Positions 27,767 to 37,158 are shown, counted from the first letter of the stretch. The stretch: DNA of 41,054 nt from Bacteroidota bacterium (GCA_041483995.1 JBGPGQ010000001.1:1-41054), one strand, 5' to 3'. A program made the numbers and translations. Notes: a model not told the origin generated them from the letters alone.

Positions 27767-28978
27767 ATGCTGAAAGGAAAACACATACTGCTGGGGGTCA
27801 CTGGTGGCATTGCAGCGTATAAGAGCGCCTGGCTGGTTCGTGAATTTGTGAAAGCAGGCGCAGACGTCCAGGTTGTCATGACACGCGCGGCGACACAGTT
27901 CGTTACACCACTCACGCTCTCCACCCTTTCGAAACATCCGGTGATCACAGAAATGTTTCCCCCGGTAACCGACCAGTCAACGGAACAATGGACGAAGCAC
28001 ATTGACCTCGCACTTTGGGGTGATGTCATGCTCATTGCTCCGGCCACGGCAAATACGATGGCGAAGATCGTTCACGGTCTCGCTGACAATTTCCTGTCAA
28101 CGCTTGTGCTCGCACTACGATGTCCTTTGGTGGTCGCCCCTGCGATGGATGTTGACATGTATCGTAACGAAACGACCCAACACAACATCGATTGTTTGAA
28201 ACAATCCGGCTGCTTTGTTATTGATCCGGATGAAGGAGAATTGGCAAGCGGGCTTTCCGGACCGGGAAGGCTTCCAGAGATTGAACGATTGATTGCGTAC
28301 ACAGACGACCTTCTGGAAAAAGTCCACCAGGATTTAAAGGGCAAGAAGGTATTGGTGACTGCTGGCCCTACACAAGAACCCATAGATCCAGTGCGCTATC
28401 TTGGAAATCGTTCTTCTGGGAAGATGGGATTTGCTGTTGCGAATGCTGCCGCACTTCGCGGTGCTGAGGTTACGCTTGTGAGTGGCCCCGTGCAACTGAG
28501 AACACCCCGCAATACAAAACGTATCGATGTTGAGACTACAAACGAAATGAAAGAAGCAGTAGAAAAAGAATTCCCGTCGGCCGATATTGTCGTCATGTCT
28601 GCCGCGGTTGCGGATTTTGCACCGGCCGAGACATCAACGGAAAAAATTAAACGGGATACAAGCGACCACCGCACCCTTCTTCTAAAAAAAAATCCGGATA
28701 TCCTGAAGAAGCTCGGCGAGCTGAAGACACGCCAGATTATTGTCGGATTCGCGCTTGAAACAAACGACGGACTTGCTAACGCAAAACTCAAACTTGCCTC
28801 GAAAAATCTCGATGCCATCGTGCTGAACAATCCCAACGACGATGGTGCTGGATTTGGTACTGACACCAACGTAGTCACGGTGATTACGCAGGACGGGAAA
28901 GCCAACCAATTACCGAGAATGTCAAAGTTCGATGTAGCGAACGAAATCTTAAATAGAGTTGCACCGCTGTTGCAATAA
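27767..28978 (+). CDS. coaBC: Bifunctional phosphopantothenoylcysteine decarboxylase / phosphopantothenate-cysteine ligase
   Basis: 403 aa. Flavoprotein N-terminus ILLGVTGGIAAYKS and APAMDVDMY. CoaB half VTAGPTQEPIDPVRYLGNRSSGKMG. Confidence 0.95.
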   Translation: MLKGKHILLGVTGGIAAYKSAWLVREFVKAGADVQVVMTRAATQFVTPLTLSTLSKHPVITEMFPPVTDQSTEQWTKHIDLALWGDVMLIAPATANTMAKIVHGLADNFLSTLVLALRCPLVVAPAMDVDMYRNETTQHNIDCLKQSGCFVIDPDEGELASGLSGPGRLPEIERLIAYTDDLLEKVHQDLKGKKVLVTAGPTQEPIDPVRYLGNRSSGKMGFAVANAAALRGAEVTLVSGPVQLRTPRNTKRIDVETTNEMKEAVEKEFPSADIVVMSAAVADFAPAETSTEKIKRDTSDHRTLLLKKNPDILKKLGELKTRQIIVGFALETNDGLANAKLKLASKNLDAIVLNNPNDDGAGFGTDTNVVTVITQDGKANQLPRMSKFDVANEILNRVAPLLQ

Positions 28979-29015
28979 AACACGCGGCCCTGTTTCTCAC
29001 CATTCAAAAACCATT

Positions 29016-29801
29016 ATGAGCGCAAACGACGGCGAGTCGTTGGTTACCCTGCTCTCAGATATTCAGGAATTTCTCCGGCAGGAACAGCGGCTTGTTGGTA
29101 ACACGCTACTTATAGAATACAGCAAAACATACGAGGAAGACGGAGTGTCCCCTAAGAAACAATTTGTGGCGGAAGAGCCAACACTATTTCAGCTTCCGCA
29201 ACCCCCTAAATCCCCCATCACCAGCGAGGCGTGGGGTAGCGCAGAGACAGTGAATGATTTGGATGCGCAGATATGCAATTGTGTCAAATGCGGTCTGGGT
29301 TATACACGAACAAAGTTCGTGTTTGGTGTAGGAAATCCAAAAGCAACGCTGATGTTGGTTGGCGAGGCGCCGGGTGCGGACGAAGATGCCCAGGGAGAAC
29401 CATTTGTGGGCAGGGCCGGGCAACTGCTCAACAAGATCCTCGAAGCGATCAAACTGAAGCGGGAAGACGTATACATTTGCAACATTCTGAAATGCCGCCC
29501 ACCGGGAAACCGCAAGCCTCAACCCGAAGAAGTGGAACAGTGCATTCCGTATTTGAGGAAACAAGTTGCCTTAATCAAACCCAAAGTAATTTTGTGTCTT
29601 GGTCTTACCGCAGCAGAAAATCTCCTGAAAACTACAGAAAGTCTGTCGAAGCTGCGGGGGCGCGTCATGGAATACGAAGGGGCTCCGTTGATGGTAACGT
29701 ATCATCCGGCGGCTCTTCTCCGCAACCCCAACTGGAAGCGGCCTGCCTGGGAGGATGTTCAAGCAGTCATGAAACTTCATAACGAACTCATTCAGAAGTA
29801 G
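29016..29801 (+). CDS. Family-4 uracil-DNA glycosylase with an N-terminal extension
   Basis: Motifs [36 protein letters not shown] and YHPAALLR, plus Fe-S cysteines (CNCVKC). The ORF-track start at 28959 is a TTG inside coaBC. The first ATG is at 29016. Confidence 0.88.
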   Translation: MSANDGESLVTLLSDIQEFLRQEQRLVGNTLLIEYSKTYEEDGVSPKKQFVAEEPTLFQLPQPPKSPITSEAWGSAETVNDLDAQICNCVKCGLGYTRTKFVFGVGNPKATLMLVGEAPGADEDAQGEPFVGRAGQLLNKILEAIKLKREDVYICNILKCRPPGNRKPQPEEVEQCIPYLRKQVALIKPKVILCLGLTAAENLLKTTESLSKLRGRVMEYEGAPLMVTYHPAALLRNPNWKRPAWEDVQAVMKLHNELIQK

Positions 29802-29809
29802 GTTTTTGT

Positions 29810-31270
29810 ATGGCAGAAGCGGTGATGCGAAGAGGTATCGATCTGGCGGTTGAACGACCACACGGCGAAGGACGCGTTCCTCCGCAGGCCGTGGATATTG
29901 AAGCGCAGGTTATCGGCGCGATGCTGCTGGAAAAGGAAGCGATTGCCAAGGTGATCGAAATCGTGGATGAAGACGCATTCCACGCGGAGTACCATAGGAA
30001 GATCTTCCAGGCGATCACGGTGATGTTCGAGCGAAGTGAGCCAGTAGATACGATTACTCTTGCAGAAGAGCTCCGCCGCCGAGGACATCTTGAAACGATT
30101 GGTGGTGAGGCGTATCTCGTGGAACTGACAATGAACGTCACGTCCGCTGCCAACGTGGAGTATCATGCTCGAATAGTGCTCGAGAAATCGCTGCTGCGAA
30201 ATCTGATTACCGCAACTTCAATTGTTGCCAGTCGTGCATTCAGTCCGACAGAAGATGCGTTTGACCTGCTTGACCAGGCCGAGCAAGCGATTTTCCAGAT
30301 TTCCGAGAAACGTCTCAAACGGTCTTTTGTCTCCATGCACAAAGCGGTGCATGATACAATTGAGATGTTAGAATCCATCCACGGAAAACACAGCGGCGTA
30401 ACCGGGGTTCCCACTGGCTTTCGCGACATGGACTCACTGACGGGGGGCTGGCAATCCTCCGATCTGATTGTTATAGCCGGCCGGCCAAGTGCCGGGAAGA
30501 CGGCTTTTGCCCTTTCGCTTGCGAGAAACGCGGCCATGCATTCTGAAAAGCCAACGCCCGTTGGAATATTTTCACTCGAAATGTCCACCCAGCAACTGGT
30601 GATGCGGCTTCTTTGTGCAGAAGCAAAGGTGGATGCTCATGCAGTCAGGACGGGTCGGTTGCCCGAAGATGACTGGAAACGTTTGAGCATAGCGGCGGGT
30701 CGGTTGACGAATTCAAACATTTTTATCGATGATACAGCAAGTCTGGGAATTCTTGAATTGCGTGCCAAGGCGCGCCGATTGAAAGCCGAGAAAAATGTCG
30801 GACTTCTTGTTGTGGACTATCTCCAGCTCATGCAAGGACCGAGAGGCTCGGAAAGTCGAGAGAAGGAAATTTCCGCCATCTCGCGCTCACTCAAGGCTCT
30901 GGCAAAGGAAATCAATACACCGGTGATTGCCCTCTCGCAATTAAGCCGCGCAGTTGAAAGCCGGACAGATAAGCGCCCGATTCTTTCCGATCTTCGTGAG
31001 TCCGGTGCAATAGAACAGGATGCCGATGTTGTGGCGTTCGTCCATCGACCAGAGATGTATGAGGATCCGAATTCAGACTCAGGTCGTGAAGCTCAAGGAA
31101 GAGCGGATATTATAGTCGGCAAGCAGCGTAACGGCCCTACCGGCGATGTGAAATTAGCATTCGTCCATCGCTATGCCCGTTTTGAAAACCTTGCACCGGC
31201 CGGTTTTGAAAGCGGCATTCCCGCTCCGCGCGAACTTCTCCAACCCGGTACTGATGACGCGCCGTTCTGA
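29810..31270 (+). CDS. dnaB: Replicative DNA helicase DnaB
   Basis: 486 aa. N-terminal PPQAVDIEAQVIGAMLL, Walker A AGRPSAGKTAFAL, Walker B LLVVDYLQLM, SQLSRAVESR, and IVGKQRNGPTG. No intein-sized insertion. Confidence 0.97.
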   Translation: MAEAVMRRGIDLAVERPHGEGRVPPQAVDIEAQVIGAMLLEKEAIAKVIEIVDEDAFHAEYHRKIFQAITVMFERSEPVDTITLAEELRRRGHLETIGGEAYLVELTMNVTSAANVEYHARIVLEKSLLRNLITATSIVASRAFSPTEDAFDLLDQAEQAIFQISEKRLKRSFVSMHKAVHDTIEMLESIHGKHSGVTGVPTGFRDMDSLTGGWQSSDLIVIAGRPSAGKTAFALSLARNAAMHSEKPTPVGIFSLEMSTQQLVMRLLCAEAKVDAHAVRTGRLPEDDWKRLSIAAGRLTNSNIFIDDTASLGILELRAKARRLKAEKNVGLLVVDYLQLMQGPRGSESREKEISAISRSLKALAKEINTPVIALSQLSRAVESRTDKRPILSDLRESGAIEQDADVVAFVHRPEMYEDPNSDSGREAQGRADIIVGKQRNGPTGDVKLAFVHRYARFENLAPAGFESGIPAPRELLQPGTDDAPF

Positions 31271-31277
31271 GAATCCC

Positions 31278-32180
31278 ATGTATCATCCTTCACGCCGCGA
31301 TTTCATCCGCTCTCTTGTAATGTTTGGTGGCTCAACGCTTGTGCTGCGGGATTCCTTTTCGCGGGTGCAAGCGGACAGTTTGTCACAACCCCACAAATCA
31401 ATCGACGAGGAAATGTGTCGGAGCAAATTCACGCTTGCGGCAGATCGCTCGTTGGTAACCCGCCCAATCAACGAAGTGATGATTGCCATAGGCACGTCTT
31501 TCGTCGGCACTCCGTACGCTGCCAACACACTCGAACAACCCGGCGAGGAAGACCTTGTTATCAATCTTCGGGGACTTGACTGCGTTACGTTTCTAGAGAA
31601 CACACTTGCACTTTCACGCTGCATCAAGATGAAGAAGACAACGTTCCATGAGTACAAACGACAGTTGCAGTTGATCAGATACAGGTCCGGTGAAATAAAC
31701 GGCTACCCGAGTCGCTTGCACTATTTTTCAGATTGGCTGTATGACAACGATCGGAAACACATTGTTCGTAACATGGCAGAGGAAATCGGTGGTATCGAGT
31801 TGGGCAAGAAAATCAATTTCATGTCAACCCACCGCTCGGCGTACCGACAGCTCAAGGATAACGGGTTTCTTAAACGGGTTGAAACAACTGAAGCGGACAT
31901 CAACGGGCGCACTCAGTACTTCATCCCTAAAGAAAAGCTGGCCGCAGTTGAACAACAAATTCTAAGTGGCGATATTATCGGAATCACAACCACTGTGGAG
32001 GGGTTGGATATCGCCCACACAGGCATCGCAATTCAGGCCGACGGTGCGTTGAAATATCTCCATGCTCCGCTCTCGAACGGAAGGGTTCAGATTACCGAGA
32101 AGACTCTTGTTGATTATCTGTTAGGAATGAAGAAACAGACAGGCATTATGATTGCCCGACCGCTTGAACCGGTCTCATAA
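31278..32180 (+). CDS. Tat-exported DUF1460-family protein (N-acetylmuramoyl-L-alanine amidase-like)
   Basis: The ATG at 31278 gives MYHPSRRDFIRSLVMFGGSTLVL, which carries a twin-arginine motif SRRDFI. DUF1460-like motifs: GTPYAANTLE, GLDCVTFLEN, IRYRSGEINGYPSRLHYFSDW, GLDIAHTGIA. The longer ORF-track start at 31173 lies inside dnaB. Confidence 0.75.
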   Translation: MYHPSRRDFIRSLVMFGGSTLVLRDSFSRVQADSLSQPHKSIDEEMCRSKFTLAADRSLVTRPINEVMIAIGTSFVGTPYAANTLEQPGEEDLVINLRGLDCVTFLENTLALSRCIKMKKTTFHEYKRQLQLIRYRSGEINGYPSRLHYFSDWLYDNDRKHIVRNMAEEIGGIELGKKINFMSTHRSAYRQLKDNGFLKRVETTEADINGRTQYFIPKEKLAAVEQQILSGDIIGITTTVEGLDIAHTGIAIQADGALKYLHAPLSNGRVQITEKTLVDYLLGMKKQTGIMIARPLEPVS

Positions 32181-32211
32181 TTCACACATCATTACATACT
32201 ATGGAGCTACC

Positions 32212-33009
32212 ATGAAACACAGAGCAGCGCGTCGCGTAGTCACTCTTGGCATCATGCTTGGCTTAGCTGCTGCAGCGTACAGCCAGGGACTGTATATTGA
32301 ATCGAAAGTTACGGGCCCAATGGGCGAACGGACAACGCAGACCTATGCCATGCCGAAGAAGATCAAATCCGTAACGAACAAGGACGGTGAGGCGGTTATC
32401 GTCCGGCTGGACAAGGAACTGTTCATCTCAATTGATCCAAGTGAAAAAACCTACTCCGAAATGACGTTTGCAGAGATGGAAAGTATGATGAAGAAAGCTG
32501 GCTCGCAGATGGACGACAAGATGGCCGAGATGCAGAAGAGACTGGCGGACATGCCAGAGGAACAGCGAAAGATGGTCGAACAAATGATGGGCAACAAAAT
32601 GTCCGGTATGAATAAAGACGCCAAGGTCGAAGTGAACAGCACGGACGAAAATAAAAACATCAACGGTTTTTCGTGTACGAAGTATGTCGTTACCACAGAC
32701 GGTAACGAGAGTATGACGATCTGGGCAACGAAGGATGTGAAGGGCTTCAATGAGATGAAGAGCGACTGGCAGGAATTCAGTCGCCGTATGATGTCCATGT
32801 CGCCGATGCGCGGCAAAGGGATGGCCGATGCAATGCAGAAGGTGGACGGGTTCCCGATTCAGATGGAGATTGGAGCAAACATGACCACCACAGTGACAAG
32901 AGTCGAGAGACGCAGCACCCCTGACAATGAATTCGAGATTCCATCAGGTTACAAGAAGGTGAAACCGAAGATGATGGAGAGGGAAAGCAAGGAAGATTCA
33001 AACGAATAA
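32212..33009 (+). CDS. Secreted Met-rich protein, DUF4412-like
   Basis: The ATG at 32212 gives the signal peptide MKHRAARRVVTLGIMLGLAAAAYSQ. Overall pattern resembles DUF4412 (INGFSCTKYVV...MTIWATKDV...GFPIQME...FEIPSGYKKV). The family name is a by-eye call. The ORF-track start at 32152 is a TTG overlapping the previous gene. Confidence 0.6.
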   Translation: MKHRAARRVVTLGIMLGLAAAAYSQGLYIESKVTGPMGERTTQTYAMPKKIKSVTNKDGEAVIVRLDKELFISIDPSEKTYSEMTFAEMESMMKKAGSQMDDKMAEMQKRLADMPEEQRKMVEQMMGNKMSGMNKDAKVEVNSTDENKNINGFSCTKYVVTTDGNESMTIWATKDVKGFNEMKSDWQEFSRRMMSMSPMRGKGMADAMQKVDGFPIQMEIGANMTTTVTRVERRSTPDNEFEIPSGYKKVKPKMMERESKEDSNE

Positions 33010-33032
33010 GCAATTGTCCGTTGTGAGTAACA

Positions 33033-33060
33033 AAGGCGAGTTTGTTCTGAGACTCGCCTT
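33033..33060. terminator. Bidirectional rho-independent terminator between convergent genes
   Basis: AAGGCGAGT (33033-33041) pairs with ACTCGCCTT (33052-33060) around a 10-nt loop. It is followed by TTGCTTTTG on the plus strand and by TTTGTT on the minus strand. Confidence 0.75.
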
Positions 33061-33089
33061 TTGCTTTTGTGTATAACCTGTTCAGCATA

Positions 33090-34145
33090 TTACTTCCAGA
33101 CGCCGGGAATGTTCGTGCTGCATTTGGGGCATGCGCCGTCCTTCATTGCATTCTTCCTGACAATAAACCCAAAACGCTCGATGAGCAGCTCATGGCATGT
33201 TGGGCAATATGTGTTCTCGTGCTTTCCCACCATTCCCGGCAAATTGCCCGCATACACATAGTGAAGACTCGCATTGTAGCCGATCTCCACAGCGCGGAGT
33301 AACGTGTTAACAGGCGTGGGATCAGGATCGGTCATCTTATAGTCTTGATGAAATGCCGTCACGTGCCAGGGAATGTCCGGTGAAACGGAGGCGATGAAGG
33401 CGGCAATCTCATTCAATTCTTCATTAGAATCATTGAATCCGGGGATGATGAGCGTGACGATCTCGAGCCAGATACCCATTTGCTTGATTGTTTTGATTGT
33501 GTCAAGCACGGCCTCGAGCCTGCCGCCAAGTTGCTGGTAATTTTTCTGACGAAAACTTTTTAGATCGATTTTATACAGTTGCACGTAGGGATGGATGTAC
33601 TCGAGCACTTGAGGCGTTCCGTTGCCGTTCGAAACATACGAGCATTTGATATCGTAGGCGCGGGCAATCTTGAATATTTCAATAGCCCACTCGCTCGTGA
33701 TGAGGGGTTCATTATAAGTACTCGTGAGTACTGGCGCTTTGTGTTCGATTGCCAGCCCGACAAGTTGTTCTGCGGAAACGAATGTTGGAGGCGACACGGC
33801 AACAGGGTCGCGCAACGCTTGTGATGTGATCCAATTCTGACAGTACGCGCAGTGATAGTCGCATCCAAGCATTCCGAAACTGAGTGCGTTGGCGCCGGGT
33901 AAGGCGTGAAAGAATGGTTTCTTTTCTATCGGGTCGAGCTGGATTCCACCAACGTATCCGAACGGGACAAAAAGAACGCCGTCTTTGTTGTATCTAACTT
34001 TGCAAATCCCATCACGGCCTGGAGCGATCTTACACTGGTGGCCGCATGCATAGCATCGCACCCAGCTATTTGGCATTTGCTCATACAGCTCACCCTCTCT
34101 CACATGGTGGGCAAGCACATCACGCAGTTTATCTGTTTCTGCCAT
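33090..34145 (-). CDS. AmmeMemoRadiSam-system-type radical SAM enzyme (PFL-activase-like)
   Basis: CxxxCxxC cluster motif CDYHCAYCQNW. Family-typical N-terminal Cys pair VRCYACGHQCKIAPGRDGICKVR and C-terminal zinc-ribbon-like YCPTCHELL...ACPKCSTNIPGVW. The ORF track extends to a TTG at 34253. The first ATG is at 34145 (MAETDKLRD...). Confidence 0.85.
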   Translation of the reverse strand: MAETDKLRDVLAHHVREGELYEQMPNSWVRCYACGHQCKIAPGRDGICKVRYNKDGVLFVPFGYVGGIQLDPIEKKPFFHALPGANALSFGMLGCDYHCAYCQNWITSQALRDPVAVSPPTFVSAEQLVGLAIEHKAPVLTSTYNEPLITSEWAIEIFKIARAYDIKCSYVSNGNGTPQVLEYIHPYVQLYKIDLKSFRQKNYQQLGGRLEAVLDTIKTIKQMGIWLEIVTLIIPGFNDSNEELNEIAAFIASVSPDIPWHVTAFHQDYKMTDPDPTPVNTLLRAVEIGYNASLHYVYAGNLPGMVGKHENTYCPTCHELLIERFGFIVRKNAMKDGACPKCSTNIPGVWK

Positions 34146-34471
34146 TGCCACTGATCCGTTCCTGCAAGAATTGTACGTCGAAAATAAGCCGATGTCAGGG
34201 GTCGGGCATGCTGTTTCGAAGGTCTTGGTTTCGACCACAGTTCGTCCGCTCAAAGGGGGACAACCAGGAGGTCTTCCCTATTGTCTAGCAACCCGTTTGA
34301 TGATTTATGAGCCCGTGAAGCCGCAGAGTCGGTTTTTGCAAGGCAAGAGTACTCACTTTCGAGTATTTTCATTATCTTACGGTAGCATTTTCTCACCATT
34401 GGGGAGACTTCACGATCGTTCTTAGACTTTGGAATTGGACGGGTAACTACGCCGAGAAGATAAATCAACGG

Positions 34472-35224
34472 ATGAAGGAATTCGTGCGGACAATGCAGGA
34501 ATTCTTCTGGTTCTCTCTTCGCACGATTAAAAGTTTCAGGTTTGCCCGTCGCTACTGGACAGAAATCCTTGAACAAATGTATATCAGCGGCACGGAGTCG
34601 GTTCCGATCGTTGTTGTCAGTTCTCTTGCGATTGGATGTTTGCTCACCGTGGAGGTCGGCAACCAGCTTGAAGGTTTTGGCGCGAAACTTCTTACGGGAC
34701 GAACGACAGCGCTCTCTGTGATTCGCGAGATGGGACCGATTGTCACGGGCTTGATGCTTTCTGCTCGGGTTGGTGCCCGCAATGGCTCTGAGCTTGGAGC
34801 AATGCAAATTTCTGAACAGATCGATGCGTTGCGCGCGTTCGGCACCGACCCGATCGCACGGCTCGTAATGCCGCGGCTCTTTTCTGCACTCGTCATGTTT
34901 TTTCCACTTACGGCGTTAAGCGACTTTGTAGGACTCGTCGGCGGCGGTGTTGTTGCTCAAATATATCACCACATCGATCCCGGTTTTTACTGGAATTCCG
35001 CATTGAATCTGCTCGTCGTGAAGGATTTTGTTGTTGGCGCCCTGAAGCCATTTGCGTTTGCCATCATCATTACGCTTGTGAGTTGCTTCAATGGGTTTTC
35101 GGCAACCGGTGGGACTGCCGGTGTGGGACGCTCCACGATCAAAGGTATTGTCGTATCGTCGGGGCTGGTGCTTGTGGCTAATTTTTACATATCAAAGCTT
35201 GTCCTCGAAAATTTGAACTTTTAG
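34472..35224 (+). CDS. mlaE: MlaE-family ABC transporter permease
   Basis: 250 aa, polytopic. MlaE/DUF140-like segments: ISGTESVPIVVVSSLAIGCLL, REMGPIVTGLMLSARVGA, EQIDALRAFGTDP. Confidence 0.9.
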   Translation: MKEFVRTMQEFFWFSLRTIKSFRFARRYWTEILEQMYISGTESVPIVVVSSLAIGCLLTVEVGNQLEGFGAKLLTGRTTALSVIREMGPIVTGLMLSARVGARNGSELGAMQISEQIDALRAFGTDPIARLVMPRLFSALVMFFPLTALSDFVGLVGGGVVAQIYHHIDPGFYWNSALNLLVVKDFVVGALKPFAFAIIITLVSCFNGFSATGGTAGVGRSTIKGIVVSSGLVLVANFYISKLVLENLNF

Positions 35225-35230
35225 TCGTGC

Positions 35231-35962
35231 ATGATCGAATTCAAGGATGTTCATCTCTCCTTTTCAGGGCGCGAGATTCTCAAAGGGATCTCAATGCAAA
35301 TTCCCGATGGAAGCATTACGGCAATTCTCGGTCCGTCGGGTTCCGGCAAAAGTACAATCATCAAGTTGATGGTGGGACTCATCCAGCCGACGTATGGACA
35401 GGTCTTTGTTGATGGCGTGGATATCAGCAGGTTCTCAGAAGAACAGCTCTTTCCCATCCGAAGGAAGATGGGGATCGTGTTTCAGGGGAATGCCCTCTTC
35501 GATTCGATGTCCGTGGGCGAAAACATGGGGTTCTTTCTTCGGGAGAATCTCGATTTGCCCGAAGAAGAAGTTGCACATCGAGTTCAGTCTCAACTAAAAT
35601 TTGCCGGGCTTGAAACACACGCGTACCAGTTACCCGATAGTCTTTCGGGCGGAATGCGAAAACGCGTTGCCATCGGTCGTGCGTTGATTTTTGAACCGGA
35701 AATGATTCTGTTTGACGAGCCAACGGCGGGACTCGATCCCGTTAGCTCGAAAAAGATCCTTGATGTTATTAAGCAACTGAAACAGGAGAAAAGGCTGGGC
35801 GCAGTGGTGGTGACGCACATTATCAGCGATGTCTTTGCTGTTGCCGACAATGTCCTCGTTTTGTACCAGGGAGAACTGATTTTTCAAGACACACCGGAGA
35901 AGATGCGTAAGTGCAACCACCCATTTGTGAAGTCGTTCCTGGCTGATCCGGAAGAACTATAG
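35231..35962 (+). CDS. mlaF: MlaF-family ABC transporter ATP-binding protein
   Basis: 243 aa. Walker A GPSGSGKST, signature LSGGMRKRVAIGRAL, Walker B ILFDEPTAGLD. 6-nt gap after mlaE. Confidence 0.93.
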   Translation: MIEFKDVHLSFSGREILKGISMQIPDGSITAILGPSGSGKSTIIKLMVGLIQPTYGQVFVDGVDISRFSEEQLFPIRRKMGIVFQGNALFDSMSVGENMGFFLRENLDLPEEEVAHRVQSQLKFAGLETHAYQLPDSLSGGMRKRVAIGRALIFEPEMILFDEPTAGLDPVSSKKILDVIKQLKQEKRLGAVVVTHIISDVFAVADNVLVLYQGELIFQDTPEKMRKCNHPFVKSFLADPEEL

Positions 35963-36045
35963 AATGGACGGCGGTGAATTAAAACTAGTGGATTAGCCAC
36001 AATTTATTTCTAACTCAAGAGAGACACGGCTCATAGACTGATTTT

Positions 36046-37002
36046 ATGGCAAACGTCGATACATCAGCTACCGGCGGCATAGGGTGGCGAAACCTTCGGA
36101 CCGGAATTTTATTTGTTGCCGGAATTATTATTGCGGGCGCGTTAGGCCTTGTGATTGGGAAAAACACAAGCCTTCTTTCGCGTCATGATACGGCCTACCT
36201 CTTTCTTGCGGATATCAAGGGCCTGTCGGAAGGAAATATGGTGGCAATATCCGGGAAAAAGATCGGTGTTGTGAAGAGCATGGATTTTATAACCCGCAAC
36301 GATACATCGGGTGTGGTTGTTACGCTTGACGTGGTCCATGAGTACTTCCATCTGATTACAAAGGATTCCAAAGCAGTTATCAAAGCGCTCGGAGTTCTGG
36401 GGGATAAATACCTCGACATTACGCTGGGTCGCTCTGAGCAGCTGCTGCAGGACGGTGGGTTTCTTGGGGTAGTAGCGGAACCCGGTTTTGAGGAGCTGAC
36501 GGCATCGGCCATAAAGACGATGGACACGATTCAGGATATCTCTACAAAGATCAACAGAGGTGAAGGAACGATCGGTAAACTGATTACCTCGAATGAGCTG
36601 AATGACAAACTGTTGAAAACTGCCAACAATGTGGAGGTCTTGACAAACAAACTCGCCAAGGGAGATGGCCTTGCCGGTCGCCTCATCAACGACCGCGAGA
36701 TGTCGGAACACGCCTCGTCGCTCATAACAAATCTCTCTGATATCTCCGCGTCACTCAAAGGAGGCAAGGGCACTCTCGGAAAGCTCATCGTGGACGAAAC
36801 TTTCTACAACAATTTGAGTGCCGTGATGCGCAGTGCCGATTCGCTCTTTGCGCAATTCAACAGTCCAAACAGCAGCATTGGCAGACTTGCACGTGAAGAT
36901 GAGTTTTATAAACATCTCGACCATAGCATTATGTCGCTTGACTCACTGCTTATGGATTTCAAGGAAAATCCAGGTCGCTACGTGAAGGTAAGTGTTTTTT
37001 AA
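36046..37002 (+). CDS. mlaD: MlaD / MCE-domain substrate-binding protein
   Basis: 318 aa. N-terminal TM (ILFVAGIIIAGALGLVIG), an MCE domain (LSEGNMVAISGKKIGVVKSM...) and a long helical C-terminal region. Third gene of the mlaEFD set. Confidence 0.85.
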   Translation: MANVDTSATGGIGWRNLRTGILFVAGIIIAGALGLVIGKNTSLLSRHDTAYLFLADIKGLSEGNMVAISGKKIGVVKSMDFITRNDTSGVVVTLDVVHEYFHLITKDSKAVIKALGVLGDKYLDITLGRSEQLLQDGGFLGVVAEPGFEELTASAIKTMDTIQDISTKINRGEGTIGKLITSNELNDKLLKTANNVEVLTNKLAKGDGLAGRLINDREMSEHASSLITNLSDISASLKGGKGTLGKLIVDETFYNNLSAVMRSADSLFAQFNSPNSSIGRLAREDEFYKHLDHSIMSLDSLLMDFKENPGRYVKVSVF

Positions 37003-37158
37003 GTAATGAGAATCGTTCGGTTCACAAACCGCTTCGAGCTTGTAGAGATATACGCCGCTGGCGATACGCCTTCCTTTGCTGCTCGATCCATTCCAGGTGA
37101 TACTTTCTCTAGGACAGTTTTGCAGATACGTAATCCCTGAGTTTCGAACGTAACGCGC
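36997..37158 (-). pseudogene. T9SS C-terminal sorting domain relic, in frame with but downstream of the stop of ORF 37159-37578
   Basis: Hand translation past the TAA (37159-37161) gives ARYVRNSGITYLQNCPRESITWNGSSSKGRRIASGVYLYKLEAVCEPNDSHYLK. This is colinear with the Por_Secre_tail of the 842-aa gene (W-x-G, ASGVY, terminal LK). It ends overlapping the mlaD stop codon. Confidence 0.6.

Noticed and set aside
28396-29007. 203-aa minus-strand ORF antisense to coaBC
   Set aside because: It is contained in the CoaB half of coaBC. Ser/Phe-rich mirror-frame composition with no motifs.
28959-29015. N-terminal extensions offered by the ORF track (28959 for UDG, 31173 for DUF1460, 32152 for DUF4412-like, 34253 for radical SAM, 13926 for the T9SS protein)
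   Set aside because: The extended starts are mostly TTG codons inside the preceding gene, or they add sequence upstream of an obvious signal or Tat peptide. The downstream ATGs give sensible N-termini.
34146-34471. Possible riboswitch or small RNA in the 326-bp region upstream of the radical SAM gene
   Set aside because: I could not recognise SAM-I/II, cobalamin, TPP or other riboswitch cores, SRP/6S/RNase P motifs or a strong structured element by eye. It is left as an open check (Infernal scan) rather than a call.
34250-34807. 185-aa minus-strand ORF spanning the radical-SAM/mlaE intergenic region
   Set aside because: 336 nt of it is antisense to mlaE. It has an Arg/Lys/Asn-rich composition. 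The apparent 4-nt coupling to the radical SAM ORF depends on an unlikely TTG-extended start for that gene.
36142-36711. 189-aa minus-strand ORF antisense to mlaD, plus similar ones at 22382-22942, 38468-39028 and 40453-40806
   Set aside because: Each is embedded in a strongly supported gene on the other strand (mlaD, the PLP enzyme, tnaA, gltA), and none has recognisable domains.
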